Of a DNA stretch of 49,903 bases, positions 15,339 through 24,378 are shown one piece after another. This DNA is from a virus (Duplodnaviria; Caudoviricetes): positions 1-49,903 of IMG/VR virus record IMGVR_UViG_3300017780_002852. The stretch is one strand, 5' to 3'. The stretch's first letter is position 1; the number at the start of each line of letters is the position of its first letter. Below the pieces are notes generated by a model. It ran no database searches. It saw only the letters and a list, made by a program, of their open reading frames with translations, and was not told where the DNA came from. The translations under genes were made by a program, and so were the position numbers.

Positions 15339-16917
15339 GGATACTGTAGCTACAGATACCCCGTCTGTAGACATTACGGAAAACGACATCCGGGTTGCAG
15401 CCGAAGCTTCATTTGAAGAGTTCGTTCGGCTTGTAGCCCCTAGGAATGTGTTCGGGCACGTTCACATCGAACTGTGTCAATGGCTGAGCCGGAAGGATGC
15501 TAAAGATCACCAGCTCGTCTTGATGCCACGAGATCACGGTAAGTCCCGGTACGCTGCTTTCTACGCTTTGTGGGAGATCGTGCGAAACCCCGCAATCCGT
15601 ATCTTGTATATCTCGTCTACCGCGAACCTTGCCGAGAAACAACTCGGCTTCATCAAAGACATCATGCAGAGCGCCAAATTCCGCCGTTACTGGCCGGAGA
15701 TGACGCACGAGGATGAAGGCAAGCGCAAGAAGTGGACTAACTCGGAGATCATGGTCGATCACCCTAAACGGGTGGAAGAAGGTATCCGAGACCCGACGGT
15801 GATGATCGCCGGTCTTGAGAAGTCCATTACGGGTCTGCACTTTGACCTCGCTATCCTTGATGACGTTGTTGTCCAAGAGAACGCTTACACAGAAGAAGGC
15901 CGTGACAAAGTCAAAAGACAGTATTCTCTTCTGGCGTCTATCGAAGGTGCAGATGCTAAAGAGGTTGCTGTTGGTACTCGTTACCACCCCGCTGATCTTT
16001 ATGCTAACATGCTCGCTATGGAGTATGTCCCTGTTGATGAAAATGGAGAGGAAGGCGAACCTGAGAAAATCTACGAAATCTTTGAAAGACAAGTAGAGGA
16101 CGCAGGAGACGGTACTGGCCAATTTCTCTGGCCGACACAGACAGGGTCCAATGGTCAGACCTTTGGGTTTAATAGAAACATCCTTGCCAAGAAAAAAGCA
16201 AAGTACATCGATCAAACTCAGTTCAGGGCCCAGTACTACAATGACCCAAATGACACTTCTTCTGCCGCTATCGGACGTGACAAGTTTCAATACTTCGATC
16301 CAGCCTTCCTTAAGTTTGATGGTAGACACTGGCACATACAGGGACGGCGGCTCAATATTGCTGCTGCTATCGACTTCTCGTATTCTACAAGACTGCGATC
16401 TGATTATACCGCTATCGCCGTTGTGGGAATAGACGCAGACCGTAGGCACTACATTCTTGAGATCGACAGGTTCAAGACCTCAGAGATCAGGGACTACTAC
16501 CAACACATCCTTGATCTGTACAAGAAGTGGGATTTCAGAAAGCTCGTGGCCGAAGTCTCTGCCGCCCAGCAGGCCATCGTCAACGAACTCAAAAGCTCCT
16601 ACATCGTCCCCAACGGTATCATGCTGTCGGTGGTTGAGGTCAAGCCTACACGCCACGACGGGACCAAGGAAGAACGCCTGAAGGCTATCCTTGAACCCCG
16701 CTACCAGAATATGTCTGTCTGGCACTACCGTGGTGGCAACTGTCAGGTTCTGGAAGACGAGCTTGTCTTGCAGCACCCGCCCCACGATGACTGCAAAGAC
16801 GCAGTCGCCAACGCCTTTGTGAACCTTTCCCCTCCTGCCTCTATGATGTTTGGGGAAGCAAACAAGAACGTCGTTCAACTTAAGAGCCATCCCAAATTCG
16901 GTGGACTTGGAGGATAA
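15202..16917 (+). CDS. terL: Terminase large subunit (true start probably near 15340-15375)
   Basis: Walker A PRDHGKS, Walker B AILDD, GTRYH, QYYN, nuclease IDFS...SDYTA and HDDCKDA. Confidence 0.92.
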   Translation: MMVKTLDTKMVTPSQTNALTSECNPNGATAPSPAPKRRGRKTRATKDTVATDTPSVDITENDIRVAAEASFEEFVRLVAPRNVFGHVHIELCQWLSRKDAKDHQLVLMPRDHGKSRYAAFYALWEIVRNPAIRILYISSTANLAEKQLGFIKDIMQSAKFRRYWPEMTHEDEGKRKKWTNSEIMVDHPKRVEEGIRDPTVMIAGLEKSITGLHFDLAILDDVVVQENAYTEEGRDKVKRQYSLLASIEGADAKEVAVGTRYHPADLYANMLAMEYVPVDENGEEGEPEKIYEIFERQVEDAGDGTGQFLWPTQTGSNGQTFGFNRNILAKKKAKYIDQTQFRAQYYNDPNDTSSAAIGRDKFQYFDPAFLKFDGRHWHIQGRRLNIAAAIDFSYSTRLRSDYTAIAVVGIDADRRHYILEIDRFKTSEIRDYYQHILDLYKKWDFRKLVAEVSAAQQAIVNELKSSYIVPNGIMLSVVEVKPTRHDGTKEERLKAILEPRYQNMSVWHYRGGNCQVLEDELVLQHPPHDDCKDAVANAFVNLSPPASMMFGEANKNVVQLKSHPKFGGLGG

Positions 16918-16920
16918 TCT

Positions 16921-18741
16921 TTGCCTAGAGCAGTAGACTTCAAAGAATACGCTAACGCGGACCTCTTGGCTTGCCAAGTGGCTGAGAAATACACCGAGTG
17001 GGACAGCTATCGCTCTGGGGCTATGGCGCTTGCCAAAGAGGTTCGCGAGTACATCTTCGCGACCTCTACCAAGCATACCTCAGCTGGTGGTCTTCCTTGG
17101 AAGAACTCTGTCCACATCCCCAAGCTGTGCCAGATCAGGGATAACCTGTACGCCAACTACACAGCCTCCCTGTTTCCCCATGACAAGTACATGAAGTGGG
17201 AAGGTGAGGATCGTACAAGCAACACCAAAGCCAAGCGCAAGATTATCCAAGCGTACATCCAGAACAAGTTGCGGCTAAGCCAAGCAACGACTGAAAGCAA
17301 CAAGTGCATCCTTGACTGGATTGACTACGGTAACTGCTTTGCCATGGTTGAATACGTCAACCAGACTAACGTTGACGAGAATACAGGTGAAGTAACCCAA
17401 GGTTATGTGGGCCCGCGTATTGTCCGCATCAGCCCAGAAGACATCGTGTTCGACCCGACTGTTGCCCTGTTCGAGAATACCCCCAAGATCATCCGGTCGA
17501 TCATGACGCTGGGCGACCTCAAGGCGACTATTGCCGAGAACCCTGAGAAGGGTTACCTCAGCGAAGTCTTTGACAAGGTCACGGCCCTCCGTGGTAAGTT
17601 CAAGACAGCGCGTGGCTTCGACATCCGCAAGAACGGGCAGTTCATCGTGGACGGGTTCTCCTCGTTCATGAACTACTTCCAGTCAGACTACGTTGAAGTT
17701 CTGGACTACTACGGTGACATCTACGACCCGGAGACCCAGACTCTGAAGCGCAACCAATGCATTACCGTAGTTGACCGCGCCTACATCATCCGCAATGAGC
17801 AGCAGCCCTCGTGGCTTGGCACAGCTCCGATCTTTCACTGTGGTTGGAGGATCAGGCCGGATAACCTGTACGCTATGGGACCTCTGGACAACCTTGTGGG
17901 CCTACAGTACCGCATCGACCACCTTGAGAACGCCAAAGCCGACGGCTTCGATCTCATCATGCACCCGGTCCTCAAGATCAAGGGTATGGTGGAAGAATTC
18001 GAGTACGGTCCCGGCGCGCGTATGTACGTGGGCGATGAAGGCGATGTCGAGTTCATGCACCCGGACCCTATGGTCCTGCAAGCCGACACCCAGATCATGA
18101 TGTACGAACAGAAGATGGAAGAGATGGCTGGTGCCCCAAAGACCGCCATGGGCTTCCGCACACCGGGTGAGAAGACTGCGTTCGAGATGCAGATTCTTGA
18201 GAACGGTGCCAACAAGGTCTTCATCAACAAGACCTCCTACATCGAAGAGAAGTTCTTCGAGCGTATCTACAACGCCATGCTGGAAGTTGCCCGCAGGAAC
18301 ATCGGCCCGGCTGAGACAATCCGTGTGGCTGATGAAGACTTCAACTACAAGGAGTTCCTGAAGGTCACGAAGGAGGACATCACAGCTCGTGGTATCATCC
18401 GTCCCATCGGTGCCCGCAGGTTCGCCCGTAACGCCAACCTTATCCAGAACCTGACCCAACTTATGGCGTCGCCTCTTGGACAGGACCCGACAATCAACGT
18501 CCACTTGTCTGGCAAGAAGATGGCCCACCTTGTGGAAGAACTCCTTGGCCTCGATGACTTCGAGCTGGTTCAGGATAACATCCGCGTTCTGGAGAATGCC
18601 GAGACCCAACAAATGCAAGCCGCTGCCCAACAGACCCTTATGGAGAAGCAAGCTATGCCAGTCCCCCAACCCGCTGGTCAAGTCCCGGGAGCGCCAGCCC
18701 CCACACAGGGGTCAGCACCCCGCCCGGCTAGGCCTGCCTAA
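16921..18741 (+). CDS. Portal protein
   Basis: 606 aa directly after terL; DYGNCFA, RISPEDIVFDP, RPDNLYAMGPL, RTPGEKTAFE. Confidence 0.88.
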   Translation: MPRAVDFKEYANADLLACQVAEKYTEWDSYRSGAMALAKEVREYIFATSTKHTSAGGLPWKNSVHIPKLCQIRDNLYANYTASLFPHDKYMKWEGEDRTSNTKAKRKIIQAYIQNKLRLSQATTESNKCILDWIDYGNCFAMVEYVNQTNVDENTGEVTQGYVGPRIVRISPEDIVFDPTVALFENTPKIIRSIMTLGDLKATIAENPEKGYLSEVFDKVTALRGKFKTARGFDIRKNGQFIVDGFSSFMNYFQSDYVEVLDYYGDIYDPETQTLKRNQCITVVDRAYIIRNEQQPSWLGTAPIFHCGWRIRPDNLYAMGPLDNLVGLQYRIDHLENAKADGFDLIMHPVLKIKGMVEEFEYGPGARMYVGDEGDVEFMHPDPMVLQADTQIMMYEQKMEEMAGAPKTAMGFRTPGEKTAFEMQILENGANKVFINKTSYIEEKFFERIYNAMLEVARRNIGPAETIRVADEDFNYKEFLKVTKEDITARGIIRPIGARRFARNANLIQNLTQLMASPLGQDPTINVHLSGKKMAHLVEELLGLDDFELVQDNIRVLENAETQQMQAAAQQTLMEKQAMPVPQPAGQVPGAPAPTQGSAPRPARPA

Positions 18742-18743
18742 CC

Positions 18744-18998
18744 ATGAAGAGTAAGTGGTTCCAACACCTCCAAGACCCTAAAGAACGTAAGAATTTCAAG
18801 GATGGTGTAGCTAATTCAAAATTTGTACTTGACAGATTGAAAGAAATATGTTATAATAGTATAGAAGAGAGTGGTAAATCGTCCAAGAACGATTACGACA
18901 AGCCTTCATGGGCCTACTACCATGCCGACCGGCTTGGGTACATAAGGGCCCTGAAAGAAATTATTGAACTACTCCAAATTGACCCAGAGGAGACGTAA
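18744..18998 (+). CDS. Hypothetical protein between portal and scaffold
   Basis: DY-PSWAY-AD-GY-RAL pattern; position. Confidence 0.75.
   Translation: MKSKWFQHLQDPKERKNFKDGVANSKFVLDRLKEICYNSIEESGKSSKNDYDKPSWAYYHADRLGYIRALKEIIELLQIDPEET
18829..18857 (+). promoter_or_regulatory. sigma70 promoter for scaffold/capsid, internal to upstream ORF
   Basis: TTGACA-17nt-TATAAT. Confidence 0.85.
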
Positions 18999-19004
18999 TA
19001 GCTA

Positions 19005-19748
19005 ATGAGTATCTTCCAATCAGCATCTGACCAGAACGCGAATGGAGCTTCCCCGATCCAAGACCTAGTGGGCGAGGGTAAGAAATTCAAGACCGTAGAC
19101 GACCTTGCTAAAGGAAAAGTAGAGGCCGATGCGTTCATTGAAAAACTACAACGAGAGCAAAAAGAACTACGCGAAGAACTTGAACGACGCCTGTCAGTAG
19201 AAGACGCCCTGAAGAAAGCTCAAGAAGCTGGTGTCCGAGTCGATCCACCGAAACCTGCGGTATCCGATCCTCCCCAGCAAGCCAAGCCCCAAGGCGACGC
19301 AGACATTGATAGCCGCATCACCAAGGCCCTCGAAGCCCGTGATCGCACTAAAGTCGTTGAAGACAATCTTCAGGCTGTCACCAAGCGATTGGTGGACACC
19401 TACGGCACCACTGATAAAGCCGCCGAAATTGTGAAGGCACGTTCCGAAGAACTCGGTATGACTGTCGAACAACTCGGTCGAATGGCTGCTGACAACCCCA
19501 AGGCATTTTTCCGTCTTGTTGGTGTTGACGACAAAGCTGGTAACGAAGCACCTAAGACTTCGAGCTGGAACAACGTCAAGAACACCAACGCCATGAAGAC
19601 CGCCAGCGGGAACTCGGTTGTCCAACCCGGCACCTACAAGTGGTACAACGAACTCCGTAGAGAAAACCCGGCCCAGTATTTCAGCCCTCGCATTCAACTT
19701 CAGATGGATAAGGACGCCCGTGAAAAGGGCGAGGCCTTTTACAAATAA
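19005..19748 (+). CDS. Capsid scaffolding protein
   Basis: LVGEGKKFKTVDDLAKGK-EAD-FIE-L coiled coil; precedes capsid gene. Confidence 0.8.
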   Translation: MSIFQSASDQNANGASPIQDLVGEGKKFKTVDDLAKGKVEADAFIEKLQREQKELREELERRLSVEDALKKAQEAGVRVDPPKPAVSDPPQQAKPQGDADIDSRITKALEARDRTKVVEDNLQAVTKRLVDTYGTTDKAAEIVKARSEELGMTVEQLGRMAADNPKAFFRLVGVDDKAGNEAPKTSSWNNVKNTNAMKTASGNSVVQPGTYKWYNELRRENPAQYFSPRIQLQMDKDAREKGEAFYK

Positions 19749-19765
19749 CAAGAGGATATTAATCA

Positions 19766-20773
19766 ATGGCTGGTATGTCTACAGCAAACATGGATGCAGT
19801 TACCCGAGCGGAACTGTACGCCACCCAACTCAAGGACATCCTTGTGGACAAGATTCAGGGCACGAACTACGTGCGCTGGCTCTCTGAGTTCCCGGATGGT
19901 ACGACGTTTACGATCCCGTCTATCGGTGCTCTGGACGCGTATGACTACACCGAAGGTCAGCCGGTTGTCTACACCGCGCTGGATACCGGTGAGTTCCAGT
20001 TCACCATCACGACCTATCTGGCGACGGGTACTGCTATCACTCGTAAGGCCAAACAGGACTCGTTCTATTCGTCCGAGATCATCTCGTCGTTTGTTCCCAA
20101 ACAAGCGCGTGCGATTGACGAACGTCTGGAAACGGACATCCTGAAGGAAGGTCAACCGAAGACCGGCACGCCCGCTGGCTACCAAACTGCTGCTGGCATC
20201 AATGCCATCAACGGTGGTCGTCACCGCTGGGTTGGTTCGGACACCCTTAACGGCGGCAAACGCGTTCTGGCGGTTCAAGACTTTGCTGAAGCGAACTTCT
20301 CGCTCAACAAAGCCAACGTTCCGGCGGCTAACCGCATTGCCATCGTTGACCCGTCCACGCTGTTCGTTATGGAAACCCAGACGAACCTTGTGAACCTGTC
20401 GAACAACAAGGCTTGGGAAGGCGTCATTGCCACAGGTCTCGGCTCCGACATGCAGTTCAAAGTCAACATCATGGGCTTTGACGTGTACACCTCGAACCGT
20501 CTTGCCAAGTGCGGCAACGACCAGTCGGGTGTCTCGGAAACGATCAGCGGTGTGGCTTCGGGTACGGACGCTGTCTGCAACATCTTCTTCTCGGCCTCGT
20601 CCGACGTTCTGCCCTTCATCGGTGCGTGGCGTCAGATGCCGACAGTTGATACGGAGTTCAACAAAGACCTCCAGCAAGACGAGTTCGTCACAACCTGCCG
20701 TTATGGTATCAAAATCTACCGGCCCGAAAACCTCGTGACGGTCCTGACTGACCCCACGGCTGTTTACGCCTAA
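19766..20773 (+). CDS. Major capsid protein
   Basis: 335 aa, strong RBS, biased codons, FPDG-T-IPSIG, GFDVYTSN, RYG-K-RPENL. Confidence 0.88.
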   Translation: MAGMSTANMDAVTRAELYATQLKDILVDKIQGTNYVRWLSEFPDGTTFTIPSIGALDAYDYTEGQPVVYTALDTGEFQFTITTYLATGTAITRKAKQDSFYSSEIISSFVPKQARAIDERLETDILKEGQPKTGTPAGYQTAAGINAINGGRHRWVGSDTLNGGKRVLAVQDFAEANFSLNKANVPAANRIAIVDPSTLFVMETQTNLVNLSNNKAWEGVIATGLGSDMQFKVNIMGFDVYTSNRLAKCGNDQSGVSETISGVASGTDAVCNIFFSASSDVLPFIGAWRQMPTVDTEFNKDLQQDEFVTTCRYGIKIYRPENLVTVLTDPTAVYA

Positions 20774-20791
20774 TAGAAGGATACACATAAC

Positions 20792-21343
20792 ATGGCTGAT
20801 CTCAAGGAATGGTACAACGCGGACGGCCTCAAGGTTCGTTTCGCGGGCTACCAAGGACAGAAACGCTCGCGTAAGAACGTGTTCGTGGAAGTCGAAGTCG
20901 ATGGCAACTTCCGGGAATTTGTTTGCCACTACGACCTTACCCTCATTCCCACAACCACAACCTCCTACTCCACAGACCGTAATAACGACGGTACGGTGGA
21001 TGGCTTCAACTCGGGTGACCTGTTCATCCCGGCTGGTGCCTCTGTTATTTCGGCGGACCTGTACGCGCTTGTCGCGGCTGCGGGCGGAACCGAGATCGAA
21101 GTGGGTGGTTATCAGGAAAACGGCACGGTCATTGACCGCGACGGCCTGATTACGGCGGCCAACGCTGCGACGGCCAACATGGCGGCCTCCAACCGAGTGA
21201 TTGGTTCGGGTGCTGACCTTGCGGACGCTAACGCTGAAAACGGCGTTGGTTCGGCTAACTACTACCCGGGCATTTATGCCAACGGCACATTCACCGCCGG
21301 TTCGGGTAAGATTGTTATCCGCTTCGTTGAACCTGCTGCCTAA
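20792..21343 (+). CDS. Capsid-associated structural protein
   Basis: Follows MCP before terminator; W-NADGL, IPAGA, FTAG motifs. Confidence 0.7.
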   Translation: MADLKEWYNADGLKVRFAGYQGQKRSRKNVFVEVEVDGNFREFVCHYDLTLIPTTTTSYSTDRNNDGTVDGFNSGDLFIPAGASVISADLYALVAAAGGTEIEVGGYQENGTVIDRDGLITAANAATANMAASNRVIGSGADLADANAENGVGSANYYPGIYANGTFTAGSGKIVIRFVEPAA

Positions 21344-21362
21344 TAGTAGCGAGTAGTTAAGG

Positions 21363-21400
21363 AGCCCGGTTCCGGCCTAAAAATCGGGGCCGGGCTTTTT
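21363..21400 (+). terminator. Intrinsic terminator after capsid genes
   Basis: AGCCCGGTTCCGG-loop-TCGGGGCCGGGCT-TTTT. Confidence 0.85.
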
Positions 21401-21418
21401 CTTTGGAGATTTTCATAA

Positions 21419-21898
21419 ATGTCTGAACACAGCGTCCTGACTGGGGCCGATCTTCACGAATGCAAGGGCGCTGCTACAGCTGCTGCAAACACGGTATTGC
21501 AGGCTGATGGTGCAGGCTCCGCACAGTGGAACGACATTGTCACCCCGCTCAAAGCGGCTAACCGAATTGCCGTCGTAACCCGAATTGAAGACATCTCGAC
21601 TGCGGCTTCCGTCTTCGTAGCAAGCCCTATGGCTGGCGATGTTATCGGAATCTACGTTACCCTGCAAGGGGCTATTACTGTCGCCAACTCAACAGTCACA
21701 GCCGAGATCAACGGCGTGGCTATGTCCGGCCTCTCCATTACAATTACCCAAGCTGGCTCAGCTGCTGGCTCTACATTCTCTGGCACCCCCTCCGGCAACA
21801 ACGCTGTTGCGGCAGGCCAAGCCATCGAGATCATCACAGACGGTGGATCAACGACAGCTATTGTCGCTTATGTGACAATCCTCATCGATACGGAGTAA
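21419..21898 (+). CDS. Virion structural protein
   Basis: H-LT-DLHE-KG N-terminus, beta-rich body. Confidence 0.7.
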   Translation: MSEHSVLTGADLHECKGAATAAANTVLQADGAGSAQWNDIVTPLKAANRIAVVTRIEDISTAASVFVASPMAGDVIGIYVTLQGAITVANSTVTAEINGVAMSGLSITITQAGSAAGSTFSGTPSGNNAVAAGQAIEIITDGGSTTAIVAYVTILIDTE

Positions 21899-21904
21899 CC
21901 GTCG

Positions 21905-22186
21905 ATGGAATGGATTTCTCACCCACTCACCTACGCTATGGCGGCTGTACTCGGGTTCTTCTTGAAGGACCTATTCAATAAAGTCCAACGCACGGGAGAA
22001 GTAAGAGCAGAAGTGGATGCTTTGAAAGTTCGGGTTGTGGCCCTTGAGCTTAGCCACAAAGAGCATTCCGAAATGGCCAAGGCTGTCATCCGTTTGGAAG
22101 AACAAGTCAAGAGGCTTTCTGAAGACATCAAGTACTTCTTGAACCATATGAGAGGATACCCTAGTGACAAAACTGACGCTTCCTAA
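21905..22186 (+). CDS. Small TM plus coiled-coil protein
   Basis: N-terminal hydrophobic helix, heptad pattern. Confidence 0.65.
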   Translation: MEWISHPLTYAMAAVLGFFLKDLFNKVQRTGEVRAEVDALKVRVVALELSHKEHSEMAKAVIRLEEQVKRLSEDIKYFLNHMRGYPSDKTDAS

Positions 22187-22988
22187 CTTCTCGTCACTTA
22201 CCAACGAGGCTTCTTTTCTCTCATCCCTGAATACGGCGATGGAAGCTATCGAGGCTTTCTCTGATCTGGTGCTGAGCCTTAATGGCACGACACCGAACGC
22301 CATGACCTCCGATCTGGATATGAACTCCAATCGTATCCTGAACGTCCCGGCTCCTGTAGACGACAACGACCTTGTACGCCTTGTTGATCTCACAGATGGT
22401 ATCCAAGGACCTGCGGGACCTGCTGGAGCAGATGGGGCTCCGGGCGGGGCTCTGGCTGACGGTGACTACGGAGACATCGTTGTCTCTGGAACCGGCACGG
22501 TGATGTCTTTTGACTCAGCAGTTGTTACAGCAGCTGCCAAGACTGTCCTTGACGACGCTACTATCGCGGCTATGCGTACCACCCTAGGTCTCGGTGGGGC
22601 ATCCGTACTGGACGTTGGTACGTCTGCTGGCACGGTCGCGGCTGGTGATGACTCTCGTTTCACTCGCTACACTGTCAATGACCAGTCTGGGGCTACCTAT
22701 ACCTTTGCTACTACTGACCCGGGCAAACTGGTTCGTCAGACTGCTGGTGGCGCACACACTTACACCATCAACCCTAATGCCACCACAGCGATCACCGTAG
22801 GCTCTGTGATCGTGATCCGCAACGCGGTGGGTGCTGGTGTACTCACAATCTCCAGAGGCGCTGGTGTGGCTCTGTACGCCAATGGCAGCACAACCTCGGC
22901 CAATGCCAGCCTTGCTGCTGGTGCTGTTGCTACCCTTATCCAAGAAGCCACTGATACGTGGATCATCATTGGTGCTGGAGTCTCGTAA
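22164..22988 (+). CDS. Tail fibre protein (short)
   Basis: Anchor domain LSLNGTTPNAMTSDLDMNSNRILN, short collagen stretch, DGDYGDI, VGTSAGTVAAGDDSR fibre motif. Confidence 0.8.
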   Translation: MTKLTLPNFSSLTNEASFLSSLNTAMEAIEAFSDLVLSLNGTTPNAMTSDLDMNSNRILNVPAPVDDNDLVRLVDLTDGIQGPAGPAGADGAPGGALADGDYGDIVVSGTGTVMSFDSAVVTAAAKTVLDDATIAAMRTTLGLGGASVLDVGTSAGTVAAGDDSRFTRYTVNDQSGATYTFATTDPGKLVRQTAGGAHTYTINPNATTAITVGSVIVIRNAVGAGVLTISRGAGVALYANGSTTSANASLAAGAVATLIQEATDTWIIIGAGVS

Positions 22989-23330
22989 GTGATCTTGGCT
23001 CCGATCTTTTACCCCGGGTCTGACCCTATCGTTATCTCCGTGAGTCCTACTGTTTTCTCTGAGAACGTGGGGGCGACAAACGGGACAACTGGGGGCTCTG
23101 CGACAATCACGATCTCTGGGGGCATTGGTCCGTACACAGCTACGTGGGTGTCTGACAACCCCAACATCACAGCCACCAACGATGTCTCTGTGTCCACCAC
23201 AACGTTTGACTGGTTGAACCTTGGGGGTGTCGCTGACACAGAGTTTGCTGTCATCACCATAACCGTCTACGACTCCATCCTGAACTCCTCCACCTTCAAC
23301 TACTCCGCTACTGTTACGAGGACCCACTAA
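22989..23330 (+). CDS. Ig-like small tail-associated protein
   Basis: ISGG-GPYT-TW, Thr-rich. Confidence 0.6.
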   Translation: MILAPIFYPGSDPIVISVSPTVFSENVGATNGTTGGSATITISGGIGPYTATWVSDNPNITATNDVSVSTTTFDWLNLGGVADTEFAVITITVYDSILNSSTFNYSATVTRTH

Positions 23331-24079
23331 TGATCAAGAAAACTCTTCTTGAGATTACACAAGTAATCCTGAGCAAGATGGACTCGGACGAGGTCAACTC
23401 TATCGGGGACACGACTGAATCCCTTCAGGTCGCCCAAGAGGTAGAGAACTCGTATTACGACCTGCTCGGTAACATGGACATCCCTGAGAGGGGTAGACTG
23501 ATCACATTCGACGCCGTGATCGACCCGGACAATAGGCCTAATTACCTCAAAGTGAAAGAATTAGTTGACAACTTCGAGTTTTTGATGTATAATATAGGTA
23601 CAGAAGCAGCTCCAAGTTACAAGCGTATGGTGTACATGGAGCCGGAAGACTTCCTGCTCTATGTGGCGACCAACGCAGAAGGCTCCACGACTATGGTGGT
23701 CACGGACTTCGAGGGTGCCAAGTTCCCGATCAAAACAGATCAAGACCCCACCTACTACACGACATTCGACGACGCCCACCTTGTCTTTGATGCCTACAAC
23801 TCCTCGGTTGATGATACGCTTCAGGAGTCCAAGTGCATCGGGTTTGCTCAAGTCATCCCTGTCTTCGAGATGACCGATGACTACGTCCCGGAACTCCCGG
23901 CCAAGTACTTCCCCATGCTGATTGCCGAAGCCGCTTCAATGTGCTTCATCAACCACAAGCAGGCCCCCAACTCCAAGGAAGAGCAACGCTCTCGACGCCA
24001 GATCGTCAGGCACCTCAACAACCGTCGTCGCTCTAAAGACGCTATTCGCCGTGGACCGGACTTCGGCAGAAACAAGTAA
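23330..24079 (+). CDS. Tail tubular protein A / head-tail adaptor
   Basis: TLLEI-Q-IL-MDSDEVNSI-DT-ES-QVA; position in podovirus tail module. Confidence 0.75.
   Translation: MIKKTLLEITQVILSKMDSDEVNSIGDTTESLQVAQEVENSYYDLLGNMDIPERGRLITFDAVIDPDNRPNYLKVKELVDNFEFLMYNIGTEAAPSYKRMVYMEPEDFLLYVATNAEGSTTMVVTDFEGAKFPIKTDQDPTYYTTFDDAHLVFDAYNSSVDDTLQESKCIGFAQVIPVFEMTDDYVPELPAKYFPMLIAEAASMCFINHKQAPNSKEEQRSRRQIVRHLNNRRRSKDAIRRGPDFGRNK
23565..23593 (+). promoter_or_regulatory. Intragenic sigma70 promoter
   Basis: TTGACA-17nt-TATAAT in a local AT-rich patch. Confidence 0.75.
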
Positions 24080-24081
24080 AG

Positions 24082-24378
24082 ATGGTAAAGAAGATCACTC
24101 TTACCCCCAAGCCTACAAGACGATCACCTAATCCCAAGTATATGAGTAGCCGCCACGTCGAGTACAAGATCATCCAGACACAGATCGGTTTCTGGAAGGT
24201 TGTCATGTACAAGGGTGGGTTTACTCCTAAGCCACTAAGAAGTCAGTACACTCGGTTTGACCTCGCCGAGAAAGCTTTGATTGCTTGGTTGAAACGAACA
24301 GATAAATTCAGAGAGGCTATCTACCCCGGATGCGTTCACAAGCCACAAAACTCTACAGGACGTTCGTCAAGGGTCTGA
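24082..24378 (+). CDS. Hypothetical basic protein
   Basis: GG-P-L-YT-AEKA pattern; between adaptor and nozzle. Confidence 0.65.
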   Translation: MVKKITLTPKPTRRSPNPKYMSSRHVEYKIIQTQIGFWKVVMYKGGFTPKPLRSQYTRFDLAEKALIAWLKRTDKFREAIYPGCVHKPQNSTGRSSRV

